This document shows positions 1 through 12,411 of a DNA stretch of 64,000 nucleotides, piece after piece. Location: NCBI GenBank assembly GCA_051362555.1, contig CM120649.1, forward strand, positions 1,426,001 through 1,490,000, given 5' to 3'. Position numbers and translations under genes: made by a program. Below the pieces are notes generated by a model. That model did no database searches. It worked only from the letters and a program-made list of their open reading frames with translations, and was not told the origin of the DNA. Positions within the stretch are counted from its first letter, which is position 1. Each line of letters begins with the position of its first letter. Source of the stretch: Lingula anatina (taxonomy: Eukaryota > Animalia > Brachiopoda).

Positions 1-1033
1 AAAGGCGCAAATATACCATACAGCGTACCCTGATGGTTAAAATAAAGTATAATTTAAAGCAAGAGTCCCCGTAAGGGCCAAAGAGTTGATGAGCCTTTAC
101 CACTTGATCCTGTTCTGATAGTCATTTTCCCAGTATGTTTATTCATAAAGCTCAGATCAGCCAACTGTTGTATGTTGATGTGGAAGCTGAATTAATATTA
201 GTATAGAGTATAACTATTGTATAAGATTATCTACAAGGTCACATACGTTCAACCCGCCCTTCTCTTGTTGTGAAAAAATCGCATTTAGGCATTAGCTGCG
301 TCCCATATTGGCTGTTGAAACTACATCCAACTTTGAATTTGCCTGATACATTCGTTCATTCCATGTAATGTAATGTATATGGTGTTCGGCATGTGTGCTG
401 TGCATGTGAATCCCAGAAGAAGGCCTAGGGACCGAATGCTTGGATTAGATATGACATCTTTATAGTAAATCTTCATAGATGCATCTGTATAATTACTTAT
501 TAACTGCATATGTGCAATGTATATGGTGTTCCATTGGACTTGCCCGAGATTCGTTTACGGTAATTAAATGACGCGTTTACAGACAAAGACACGTAGCGTG
601 TTTCGTTAGGATTCAGTTACTATTAGCTGTCAGCCAGAATTTGTACGCACTTTATCAATGCGTATTGCATATATTCCGCATAGTCGTACTACCTGCATCA
701 ACCTAGGAATACTACTGATTACTGATGTGGCAGCCAGGCCAACGTCACCAGTAGCAAATACTGAAACTGGTTGTTGTATTTTAGTTGTCCTATTCATCTA
801 TCACAAGCATATTCACCATCCATACTCGCTGTTTACCTACAAGAACCGTTTACTCTAACATCTGATACGCACCTGCGTACATGCTTGTTCATAGTTATCA
901 ATAAGACTTTTTAACGCGACCAGTTGCGAAACTAATGTCAACACACTGTGTATACATTTTCCGGATGACGTCCGCGTCAAGTAACTCGCATCGACATATT
1001 TGTGATTGCCTGAAGTCGTAGAACAGCCTTCAA

Positions 1034-1300
1034 GGGACCATTCCCAGACCCTATTGTGCTAACCGTGGATCGATCCATCTCCGAGGGGATTCTCGCTAAA
1101 TTGCAATCAACTTAAACGGCTAAGATGTCTGTCAGACCTACTAAAGCTGCAAGCTACTGAAGCTGCTTAATTATTGTTTAGCAGCTTCAGTAGGCGTGCC
1201 AGACATCCAAGCTGCTTAAGCTGAAAGTAATTTAGCGAGAACACCCCCCCCCCCCACTTGGATCGATCCTGTTAGATCGATAAGGTATGGGAACCCACTC
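1034..1300. mobile_element. Palindromic MITE, family A
   Basis: Internally inverted (ggatcgatcc, ctcgctaaatt and ctactgaagctgc arms); near-identical copy at 29253-29509; flanked by caa...caa. Confidence 0.75.
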
Positions 1301-1851
1301 CAAGATAATACAGCGTGTACACAGATTCCGGCTTTTAACACTCGCTACTGTTTGTTCAGGATGTTGCTAACTGTCAAAGATGAAATACACATGCAAGCCG
1401 ATGACAGATACTGTCTACGAACATCAAAGGGATAATCACAGAAACGAACACCGTGTTTTTTCTCAAGGGGAAGACATCTTAGAAGCACATCAGTGAAAAG
1501 GCCTACTCTCTTTCTGCCAGATGGGAATGAACGGAAAGAGAAATCACCTGAGATTTTAACCACAAGTGAAAAAGCCTACAATCACTACGCCACTGACGGT
1601 GTCATTATTTTCGTCAATTACGTGTATGGTAAGCAAGTGGTGAAATACCAGAAATAATAGTACGATTGATTTAAATGACGCGTGAGTCAGGTTGTGCCAG
1701 TGCCTGTGCTCGGGACACTGTTCTTCACCTTATTTGTTTGGAAAACAACTTGACTTAATTCGCTACCATCTTTCACCACAGAGCCTGTGCTCGTGATTTC
1801 TTATGCAAAGTTTTAAACCTGATTTCGATAATATCGATCGCACTATCGTGT

Positions 1852-1886
<35 letters not shown>

Positions 1887-1951
1887 GGATAGAACAATAG
1901 ACAGATAGATAGATAGATGGATAGAACAATAGACAGATAGATAGATAGATA
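1852..1951. repeat. (GATA)n compound microsatellite
   Basis: Direct reading. Confidence 0.9.
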
Positions 1952-4900
1952 TTGTAAAATAATTGTAAAACTTATATTATGTTTTGACGCATGTTGCAGG
2001 GGTGACAGTTTTTAAAATTATGCCTGATTTCAGGATTTTCAATCTTCTACATGGTCTCATTGCGATAAGAATTGCAAGCTAAGTTCTCGAGGTTTTCATT
2101 TTTTTACAACTTTCACCCATCAGCTTGGCCTTCAGTTGTCTGTGCTCTTGACAGGATCGATGGCGATCTAAACGCCTACGTGTAAATGGGCCTCCAAAAC
2201 GCATTGATCAGTCAAAGAAGGCTACAGATAAAGATGATTTCCCACCAGATTACTTTTGTCACAAAGCTAAAAGCAAATGAACCAAATGCGATCTCGTTTT
2301 GACATATAGAGCAATTGCGCTATTGTTTTGGAAGGTTTCCGTAACAGTAAATGGGTTATGGATAGACGGATTTTCGATCACTTTGTGTTGATTAGAATTC
2401 AGGAAACTGATAATCCGCCATCAACCGACACAAAAATGTTGAGTTGTACTTTCATGGAAATCTAGAGCGGAAATACTAGACAGGTTTTACATGTTTTGTT
2501 TTCTACTTTAAGAAGTGTCTCATCTGTATTAAAGGGCAAATTTTGCTTATAAATCAATTACCAACTCTTTGGTGAATGTCAGTTTCCACCATTTTTAATT
2601 TGTTTGTATGTACGTACTTGCGCGTGTGTACGTGCGTGCGTACGTGTGCGTGTGTGTTTTGTAAAGTCTCCTTCAAAAACTTTGCAAGTGACGTCACTTA
2701 TCGGTTAGCGCAATTGCCGTTAACGGTTTTCAACTTTATCGTGTTAGGCCGAGAACACCGATGTCCAGTCTTGTATTCTGGTTATGTTCTTTAAAAAAAA
2801 TGGGAAAATCCTTGTTGACGCCAACATTGCGACCTTTCCACCACCCCAAATAATAAGATACATGATAGGCCTTAAAGTTTCTTTCTTTCTTTTTTTACTG
2901 TATTTACAATACTGATACTTGACAGCAATCGTTAAAATATCCGGTTTTAGCCTAAAGACATCCCCTTGTTCAAACCAGTATTCCGTTATTTGTTTAACCT
3001 CTGTAATATACCGTCATGTTCAATAATATAGGCTGTGGATTAGGGCTTAAGACTTGCACTCCAAGGAGTGAAGACGAGGATGTCTATCATCGCCTTGTCT
3101 GGGTTTCCCATCTTTCTTAGGCATTAAGTCATGAAATGGGTGCTTCTGAACAGTCTAAAGGTTTATTAGTCCAGATTTTCTTTATTTTTATCCAAAGGTT
3201 CTTCGGTTCAAAGAATCTATGGTTTAAAGGTTTCCTGGTTTTGATGTTTTCATATGTTTTGGCAGAGGACTGTTGTTTTGGAATCCAATTGCATTGGTAT
3301 AGCAGAGAACAGGAACGGGTTCACCAGAGGCATTGTCAAAAATTATGCTTCTTGAAGTAATTCCGGCGATTGAACATTCGGAATACTAGACGGATCATAA
3401 AATATTGTGTTTCGGGGCTATTTCATCTTCCAACCAATATTAATGAGATTTTATCTACCTCGGGACCGTCGCGGATCCGGGAAAGGAAGTTCTTTAACGA
3501 AAGACAAAGGGATTATTATATCATATTTATAACTAACTTCATAGGCCTATATTTTTACTTACAGACTAAGTACCCATTTTCATTCAATGTAGGTATTATG
3601 TATTTTAGAATGCTACGGTATATGCATTCAATAATCTTCATTTATAAATATAAATCACTGCTAAAAATCATTTTTGAAACTACGAACTTTGGCTACAGGC
3701 ATGTGCCTAGACATTGGAGGCACCCTGTATTTTCGTATTGAAGATCAAGGCCGTTCACCAAACAGGTTCACAAAACCTGCCAGCACGATTCCTTGTACGT
3801 TTAGAACGCTCACACAACCGGCTTTTGTCTCAGGTGTGTTTCCGCGTGTTAGCGTACCTCATTAATTCCCACGTCCCAGCAAGCTATCTCTTTCTGACAT
3901 ATTCTGTCAGCATGTCTTCTGTCCGACCTTTACGATACTACTGTGGGGTCAACGAGATCACAGCTGTAACTATGCAGGAGACGGCTGTACAGAAGAACGC
4001 AATATACAAAGTCGGGCTTCAGTTAAAGTCCCAATGTATTAATCTGTTTTGTTTCGAGATAACCAATTGTCTACTATAAAATATTCTGCCTGGTATATAA
4101 AGTAATAAAAACGGGGCTATGTTACAGAAAAATATTAGATTTATGGGGTTATAATGTAGTAAAGTAAAGCAGCTTTTTTCTCTTAAAGTTAAAACCGACA
4201 TTTGGTCTTAGTTCGTTTGTGATTTTGACCCCTGGACTAATAATTTGCATTTATGTGTCCAGACTTCACAGGAGTCTCTGTGGTTGGTTTGCCGACAACA
4301 TTCGGCCTTATAACACAACAGAACCATATAACTGTAGATTGGAAATGTCATTTTATTGACACTTGTGCTTTGCTTATTGCTCAAAGTACGAATAATTAAT
4401 ACTGATAACTGAATGTATATCTGTAAATAATGACCATATGTATGGTAATTCATTTCCAAGTTTTAAGGATATGTTTAAAGTTTCAGCAAAGATGGAGGGA
4501 GATAGAGGCTGTTAACTGCCTGTATGGTTCAAATCTTATCACTGCGCCATCATCATATAAAACCCACTTGCCAAAACCATGTATAAGGAATGTTATATCT
4601 ATATCTTCATAATTTGACTGCAATATAAAACTAGTAAATGAAATACCAAGCGCAGAGGGATTTCACAAGAAAATGCTCAGCACCAGCAGATTCATTGGAA
4701 TGATGATTTAGGATACAATTTTTATTCCAAATTTAGTTAAACTGTAAAATATACTACACGAACTAAAATAACGTCTTATATTTTACTCAATTTTTGTAGT
4801 AGTTGGAATACAAATATATCAATGTCAATAACAAATATCAATAGAATGAGCAAAATAAACAGATAAAATGGCACAAACCCACTAGAGCCAAGGGGTACTT

Positions 4901-7900
4901 TGAATTCCAATTGGGGTCGGGCAATGAATATTTTCAGACGCTGCATGTAGTTAGACATTATCAAAAAATCAGACAGTGATGGCAAGGAAAGAGAGTCATA
5001 AGACAACAAAGAGAAAACACATATATACAAGATATACAAAATAAACAAGATGATACAAACGCACTGAAGCAAAGGGGTTACTTTGAGTTCTACATGGTAT
5101 CGCTCACTGAATATAAAATATCTTGATTTGTAGTTTGACTTAATTCAAAAGCCAGACTGTGTCAGACCGTGACCGGCAGTTGTGCCAAAACTTCCTCGTC
5201 ACACTGTGAGGTCTATTCCATAAATGACAACCGATGCTAGATAGATAGATAATTTATTCCAACGTGAGTAAAAAGTACAAAGTATTTTCACAAGTCCAGA
5301 ATATACATAATATATATACAATCAGCGTAACAAAAACAAATTCATAATTATTCTCAAGTTGGTTAGGTCAGTATGGCCTTAATATATGTTAATAAAACTA
5401 ACTTAATGTTAGCACTGGAAAATAAACAGTTTACGGCATGTATCAAATGACACACATCGTGCTGTTCTGACGTCAGTTTCGAAGTCAGTGAATGGAACTA
5501 AGGTAACCGGAATCCTAGGTACTCACGGGTCTAAAGATATGCCATCAGTCACCCAGTGGTGGAGGAACAAAATGTCACGAACTTATTTTCTTTATCTTGA
5601 AAGTGCAAATCCTTCTTTCCATGCTGTTGCTTCTTGCTTCTAGAAGTTCTTGCTTTAGTGCACCTGTAAAAAGCCATTCTCATAAAATGCAAACTAGTGT
5701 TTTCTACCTGGCAAGACAGAAATTCCAAGTATGATGATAGTCACATCTTCAAGGTGATTTCAGGTTCTCAATTTTAGTGTGAAACTATCCAAGCCATATA
5801 TATACTTTAAATAAAGGTCCCTTGTTCCTCTGAACAGATATTTGCAAAGAAACCAAACAATTGTTGGAAGAGGCACATCATTTCATTAATATTGTTGGTG
5901 TTATTTATTGTCATTAAATGTGGTTCATTCGTAGATGCTCTTAGAAATAACAGCTACTAAGCAAATTCCATTATAACACCAACAGCGGTAAAAGTTGTAC
6001 TTGGATATCACGGTAGCTTAATAGAGTGAATATTTTTACATTCTTAAATTATTCAAGATATCTTAATGTAATGGTAAATGGTAAAGAGGGGTTTAATTGA
6101 TTTAATACCACGGAGACCAAATTGGTGGACAAAAATAAACCTATCACTCGTTTTCATTTTTGTAAGTTTTCAATAAAATGAAAAGGAAATGTCCGTTTTT
6201 ATTGTGTCACAAACAATAACCAAGGGGATAATGAAGCTATATATAAGTATCAAAATCAATCCACTTCGAAATGCCATAATACAAATCTTTTTAATGAATT
6301 AATGCCCTGTATTGATCCTACGACGTCGTGACGGTCCATTCGCGGGAATCGGATTTTCCAAGTAGCATGTCTGGGATTTTACCGATCACCTGAAATGCAC
6401 ACCACGGTCATTAAAAATAAAGCTTGGTTCCAATTCGAATCGCACCATGACTCCAGCAAAGCCAATGCTTTTATACCAAGACACCGCCTTCTCGGCACAT
6501 CTTTAAATCGCACCATGGCATGAACGCAGGCATCAGCCAGTAAGGTCGTTCACCTGGTACATGAATACGCCGAGAAACGCAATCAGAGGCAAAACGAACA
6601 GGAGAACAATGCCAATTAGTGTGACTTTTTTGTCAGTTTGACGTCATTTGTGTGACATTTGGCTTCGTTAAAAATGATGGACGGTCCTCTCTCGGGTTTT
6701 GTCACATTACACGATTTACTTGGCATACACACGAAGGCGGATCTAGAGGAGTGTTCAGAGGGCCTGTGAGAGATCTACTTCACAAATTATATCCTCCCAA
6801 AAACAGTATAACAAAAAAAATGAGAATTAGAATTAAACGCGTCAAAACAAAGCGATTTTCTATCACTGACCTCTACATGCTGAAATGGGGGTGTCTACTA
6901 TTGATTTTAGCGAAGCGACGCAAGGAATTATTTTTATCTTTGACTGCCTCCCTACCCCTCTCCCCCCAAAATCCTGGCTCTTCCATTGTCCTCGTCATAT
7001 CTTTCCACTTTAAGGACAAACTACAACAGCGGTGTGTTTTTTTATACGTGTGAATCATTTTAACAATGCATTTTTGAAAGGCCAATGTATTTTTGTTCAT
7101 GCGTTTGCAGGATACTGTTGGTCCTCTGGGACGATGTTTTCAATCATATGGAACCCACTCCTTGAAGAAGGAAGTACTTCTCCGTCATGCAGGCAACAAA
7201 TACAGTTATGTTATTACGTTTCACTGTATGTGATTTTACATAACAATGCAGACATAAATGTCACTTTTTGATTGTCGATCAATAAGGTTAAGAAAGGGTT
7301 TGTCAGGGAAATTATCCAATTCACTGTCCGATGTGCTAGGTTGACATTTTGGCGCCAGATGTGTCAATTTAGGAACGGCGTTTGAATAAAAGTAACCGAA
7401 AAGTACGCGTCTCCTTTAAAGAAATTGGACATGACCCCTCATTCTCAAAATTGCCTTATTTAAGAGAAAGAGAGCAAATCAAGGAGACGGCGAACTTTTC
7501 TACATGTAGGCGTATTGCGTGATAATTTGTAGAGCAGTTTGCAAAAAGTCACCTCTAACAACTAGAGTAACCATTTTAACAAGCGGCTATTTATACTAAT
7601 GAGTCTGGTTCATCTAAGAGGAACAGGGCGGTGTTTTCGTCTTGTCTTTAGATCTGGTGAGCTTTGAAATGGATGTCTTCGTTTCCTAGAGCGATGAAAT
7701 ACGATAGTTGCTTCTTTCTCATCTACTGAAAACTAATAAAATAGCCATGGGGAAGGTACATTTGACATATACCATTATTTTACCATCGTTGAATAAAGTT
7801 TAAAAACAAATTAATACACACATACAAATGAACAGATTAAGGAGAGAGAGAAAGAGAGAGAGAAGAGAGAGAGTCAAATGCGAATTAAAGACGCGCAATA

Positions 7901-8197
7901 CATCGGCTTCTATTTGGTCATTTTGAAAATGGCGTCATGAAAATACCAGTTCCCATTGATTGTATTGAAAATTTGCAAAAATAAAAATAGCAATAAATAG
8001 GTTTAAGTTCAATCTGGCGAGTGTTTCTCCATGGCAATGAAATCAATTGAATCCCGCTTTACCAATGACGTAATGCAGAAGAAGCAATACGGTGTACAGC
8101 CGAATTAATCAGTTTAGTGAGATCATCTTCCAGTAAGAGCTTTACTCCGATGGGATAACATACCAAAGTGATCGCTATGCACTGGAATGGGGATTAA

Positions 8198-8412
8198 GAC
8201 CCCATTCCCACAGGTTTTAGATCGATCTATCCCTGTGGGGAGTCTCACTAGATTATTGTCAGCTTAGCTGGCTTAAACGTCTGTCCCGCCTACTAAAAGC
8301 TGTAAGGGGGTAATTAACTACCGTGCGCGCTCGGCTGACAGCAATTAAGCGTGAACCCCCAGAGAGTTAGGTCGATCTAGATGGATCGATCTAAATCTAT
8401 GGGAATGCACTC
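8198..8412. mobile_element. MITE family B, PIF/Harbinger-like (TAA target duplication)
   Basis: taa|gaccccattccca...tgggaatgcactc|taa; homologous to the copies at 41978-42370. Confidence 0.75.
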
Positions 8413-9701
8413 TAAGTCACCCTGCAGGAGATTCAGGCTCATCATGTGCAAAAAAAAGAAAAAAAACCCTTCAGAATTCGATATTTGCAATTCATCACTT
8501 TCTTCTTGTTGCAACCGTTGTTATTCGATAGCATGACTGAACTATTATCCATGTATCTATGTATGTTGACTGCAGCGTATTATTCCCACCTGTCTTGGCT
8601 TATTCCCCATAACCGTCTTCACCATCAGAACTCTTCATTCCGACCGTGCTCTGTTATTCTACGTTTGATATATATTAATGCATAATTAGCGCCTCGCCAG
8701 AGAGATTATGAATTAGCTAAACACATCGATCTTTTTCACTGGAGATTGGCATCCAGTCCCCGTATGTTACTGTAATTCACGAAGCGCCTGGAATTGTACG
8801 TGAGTGATCATGCAGTCTCTACACTGTAGAATTCTCCCATTGTTAAGAGGATTTGTGGCTTCGGGCACTTTAATGGACCATTTGGTTGGGATTTTGAGTG
8901 CTGAGCATGTTTACTTGTCTGTATTCTTGACGACAAGACTGTAGAGCCAAAACTTCATTATTATTATCATTATTAATATTGTTATTATTATTATTTAGAA
9001 GTGGTCTTGCCGAAGTCACAGAACGTTATGAATGTATTCACTTGGCGTCACGTTTTTTGACGTCACGTGTTGTGGCTTTCCTATTATGACGTTTAATTCA
9101 TATGACGTCATAGATAGTCCGTGCGTCTTCGCAACGTACAGTTACAATCAGTCGTTCGGAATATAACTTTACGAGGATTCAGATAATGTTGGCCGTGTGT
9201 TAAAATCAGATATTGTATTTGTCATTGATGGTTGATTATTCATTTCAGCCTATAAAGTATAAGTCTCCAACAGTTGCTGTTCACGACTGTTCTTTCAAAT
9301 GGAGAGTGAACAGTTTACGGTATGCACGTTTCTAAGCCCAAGTAGAGTATGTTTTATTGTAGCCTCATCGACAACAATCAATGCTGACCGATGATTGTTT
9401 TATGACAACGTTATCTGACATATTGCCGCTTTAATTATCTTTTCTGCCTTATTATACACGTGTACCGTTCATTATGTCGGTATTACGGTGCCTTCGTAGG
9501 ATCCGTAGGAATTATTTCTTTTGTTTTCTTTAGTTTTATGTTATTGCTTTCCATAATCGTAGACACTTCAGGGTATTTCCCCGGGTCCTGTGTTATTAAT
9601 AAACGTTGTTAACCTGCCCTTTCTGTGGCGATATTAAAAGAAAATATGGCGATAATGCGTATGTCACGCGAATTATACATGTATAAAAGGAATTGTATTA
9701 C

Positions 9702-12275
9702 TAGGGGTGGGCAAATGACAAAATTTTTTTAAAACAGGTGGATTCTATGGCCATTTTTGCTGCTGAACACAAATCTGACAATATTTTTTACCAAAGCTAA
9801 AGATTTATATTGGTATCTGCTATTTGTTTGTGAAAAAAAGGCAGGAAATCGCTTTTTGGCCATATTTTCACAGTAAAGTACATAAAAATTATGTGTAATA
9901 TGTCTTTCTATATGTTTTGAGGGTTGCTGAGTTCAAATATGAGCATATTCAAGACATTGGCAATATTGTTAGGGTGACATCTGTAAAAATATGTTATTTA
10001 CAACAAACATATACATAAAATACACACTTCGAGCCTAAGATAAATATAAATAATGGCCATTATGTACATACTGAATTCATGGATTACAGTTTGGTATAAA
10101 ACCAATGCTGAAAACACCTTCATGGATGTGTACCAACAAATTTTATGCTGTATAATTTTCCTTTTCTTCAGAACAGGTAAAACTTTGTCAGGTGACATCA
10201 ACCTCTTACAACCTCTAAGCTCTTGACCTTGGAATAGTACTTTAGTTTCAGTTGCGTAGTTTAAGAGTATCTCACCACCACCATGAAAGCATCAACAAGA
10301 AATATACTGAGACCAGAAGACACTGTAAAGCCCCCTGTCATACTTATTTGGAATCTGAAGTAATCAAACAGAATGAGCCATAATGAAGAATTTTCAAAAT
10401 TCGCGACCACATTAGTTGGGTAATATCAAATTGACCTTAATTCCAGTAAGAATACCTCAGAATGCGCTTCGAACCCACCTGGAATGATTCGTACACATTT
10501 CGGTTGTATTGTATTAGCTCTCAAATGCAGCTCGAATGTAGTTGGAACACATTAGGAATATTGTTAATGCTGTCTAAATATAGTGAGAATATTAAGAATG
10601 CACTTCAAATGCCATACAAGTGTGGTTTCATTGCTGGCTAAATTCCGGCCTGCAATCAAGATGCATTCAAGTTGCATTCCTGCTCATTGGAGGCACAATG
10701 TGGAACATTCTGACAAGATTTGAAGCGCCTTGCCATTTCGGTTCTCCCTCGAATGTGATCAAAATGTTTCGAATGCTGTTGGAATTTCGTAAGAATCTTA
10801 AGAATGCGCTCATAGTGCAGTTAGAATACACTTGAATGCCATTCGATATTTTTCCACTTGGAATGCATTCGAAAGTTTTGAGAATGAGCAAAACATTTTA
10901 ACAGGGCGCAAGAATGGACCCAAACATTTAGAATGCGCTTAGAATTTTTAGATACTTCAAATATCCAGGAATAAACAAGAAATTTTCATTCCGACTATAC
11001 ATTCTAGCTCATTCCGCCTCTAGTGTGACTAGGTAATAAATGAAGACAATAAGGATATTGTCACCGTTCAACCAAAACTCCTTATTTACTGCCTTACAAA
11101 CATTCTTTTTGGTGATAAATAAATTTTCAGTGTTCAGTGATTACATTAATTAACATTTACACATGTCATCTTACGGGTGACGGCATAATTGCAGTTTGGG
11201 GGTAAAAACTGAAAAATCAGTTTCTCAAATTTCTGTTTTACCTGAACACCCGTGATCACTATTTCAAAGCCAATTTAATGACACCATTTAGTACCCCAAA
11301 ACCCTGCCAGCGATTTTTAAAGCCTTAGTTCAGATTTGATCGTTGATAAAGCAAAATAATACCTTTGTTTTTAGAAGATCTGTCAATACGGACTCATAAC
11401 TCCATAACAAAAGCATTTAAACCCAAACGTTGGCATGGGATTGTAGCTCATGCCCTTGTGGTCCATTGGCCAATTTTCGTGATAAAATCTTGTTCAGGGA
11501 TGAAGTGAAGCCCCATATGGATTGCTAACTTATCTCAAAAAAGAAAGCTGTTAAATAGATGATTAAAGCTTGGAGTTGCTTATGCTTATACATTGCAATG
11601 AAAAAATATAAACGCCGATATTTCATATTTTCAAGAGTTTTTTCATTGTTTCAAAGCAGCACAAAGACAGATACATTATTGAATAATTAGATGCAGGAAA
11701 AAAACTCATTTTCGGTATCTGGATGGTAATAAAGAGTAACAATATCCTTAATGCTCTGCTACTGAGTGTGCTACTGTAAATATTCCCATATGTAACTAAC
11801 ATTATGCCTATTCTATATGTCAAAACTTTTCAGTTTCATATGATCCTTGAACAATATTGACCATATTTGTTGTATTATTGTTTTTCCTAATTTAAAAGCC
11901 ACAGTTGCATATAAACATTTGACCAATGGTGATTTTGGGGTGATTTTTACCTCAAAATGACCAAAAAATCCTCTTTTTAACCCAAAATGAAGTGACCCAA
12001 CTGAAATGATATATCTATTTGTGCTCATTGATCATGAAATCATTTGGTTAGACATATAACAAGCCATCTTTGAACTGATATTTAAAGATTTACATGAGAG
12101 ATATGTGATTTGAGGGAGCGTTTGGTGGCCATTTTGAAAAATCACTTGATACCAATATCAGATCTAATTTAAAATGAAAATACTTATTAAATTTGTATTC
12201 AGCAGCCAAAATGGCCATAGAATCCACTTGTCTGAAATCAAATTTCCCAAAAAAGCATTCATTTGCCCACCCCTA
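9702..12275. mobile_element. Non-autonomous hAT-like DNA transposon, about 2.6 kb
   Basis: Perfect 17-bp TIR TAGGGGTGGGCAAATGA / TCATTTGCCCACCCCTA plus an inverted subterminal block (ggattctatggccatttt.gctgctgaa.acaaat); no transposase ORF seen. Confidence 0.75.
10329..11036. mobile_element. Nested GAATG/CATTC-rich element (possibly Harbinger-like) inside the hAT-like element
   Basis: Dense gaatg/cattc motifs; degenerate ends gccccctgtcatact ... agtgtgactagg; TAA on both sides. Confidence 0.4.
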
Positions 12276-12411
12276 CTAATAACTAATGATGTGCTATCCT
12301 TTTGTATGAGCATTATTTTTACTTTCCGGCATCTCCGTAATAGTATTACGGAGATGCCGGAAAGTAAAAATAATGCTCATACAAAAGGATAGCACATCAT
12401 TAGTTATTAGT
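12275..12411. repeat. Perfect palindrome, 68-bp arms with a 1-nt spacer
   Basis: 12275-12342 is the exact reverse complement of 12344-12411. Confidence 0.95.
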
